Position numbers and translations under genes: made by a program
Assembly: GCF_001194135.2 (NCBI RefSeq)
Contig: NC_068997.1
Span: forward strand, 40,143,278-40,207,277
Source of the DNA: Octopus bimaculoides
Taxonomy: Eukaryota
Direction: 5' to 3'
Length of the DNA: 64,000 bases
Part shown: positions 63,842-64,000 of the stretch, one piece after another
Layout of the letters: each line of letters begins with the position of its first letter
How positions within the stretch are numbered: the stretch's first letter is position 1
Notes under the pieces: generated by a model
Databases searched by the model: none
Told to the model about the DNA's origin: nothing
What the model saw: only the letters and a program-made list of their open reading frames with translations

Positions 63842-64000
63842 CACCTGTCCGTGTTTGGATTGTCCATGCACAGGGGCCATCCGGACTCCCGTGAACAGGG
63901 ATTAATCTTCTCTCTTCGCTCCTTTGCGCCACATGGGCTCAACTCCCCTCCCCTCTTCATCTAACCCTCTCCTCCTGCCTCTCTCCCCCACCCTCCCCCT
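63842..64000 (+). pseudogene. Extreme C-terminus of a PLE GIY-YIG ORF plus pyrimidine-rich 3' UTR
   Basis: HLSVFGLSMHRGHPDSREQGLIFSLRSFAPHGLN..FI* matches the typical ..E..LIF.L....P.GLN ending of PLE endonucleases. Confidence 0.6.

Overview
AT-rich, microsatellite-saturated animal genomic DNA from a gapped draft assembly (17 N-runs, most abutting simple repeats). The repeat families resemble those of octopus/coleoid cephalopods (inferred from sequence character, not from a search). I cannot support any host protein-coding exon, rRNA, tRNA gene or CRISPR array; almost all long ORFs in the track are microsatellite or N-gap artefacts. The window is a transposon graveyard: a mariner with both TIRs (1117-2283), a 5'-truncated RTE LINE (8528-10618), several R4/Dong-type RLE-LINE remnants, three Penelope-like (PLE) GIY-YIG remnants, about 25 tRNA-derived SINE copies of several families, and hAT-like and palindromic MITEs. 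The most interesting signal is a set of minimal type I hammerhead ribozyme folds from at least three, possibly four, unrelated sequence families (51468-51519 with a second copy at 57048-57099; 53357-53400; 20029-20077; degenerate 19210-19278). Two of them have a non-canonical CCGA core, and one lies just downstream of a PLE endonuclease. Other highlights: two apparent locally templated insertions (9718-9818, 29967-30005), SINEs nested in register inside their own family, a (TAA)n array carrying three separate insertions, and long near-perfect hairpins.
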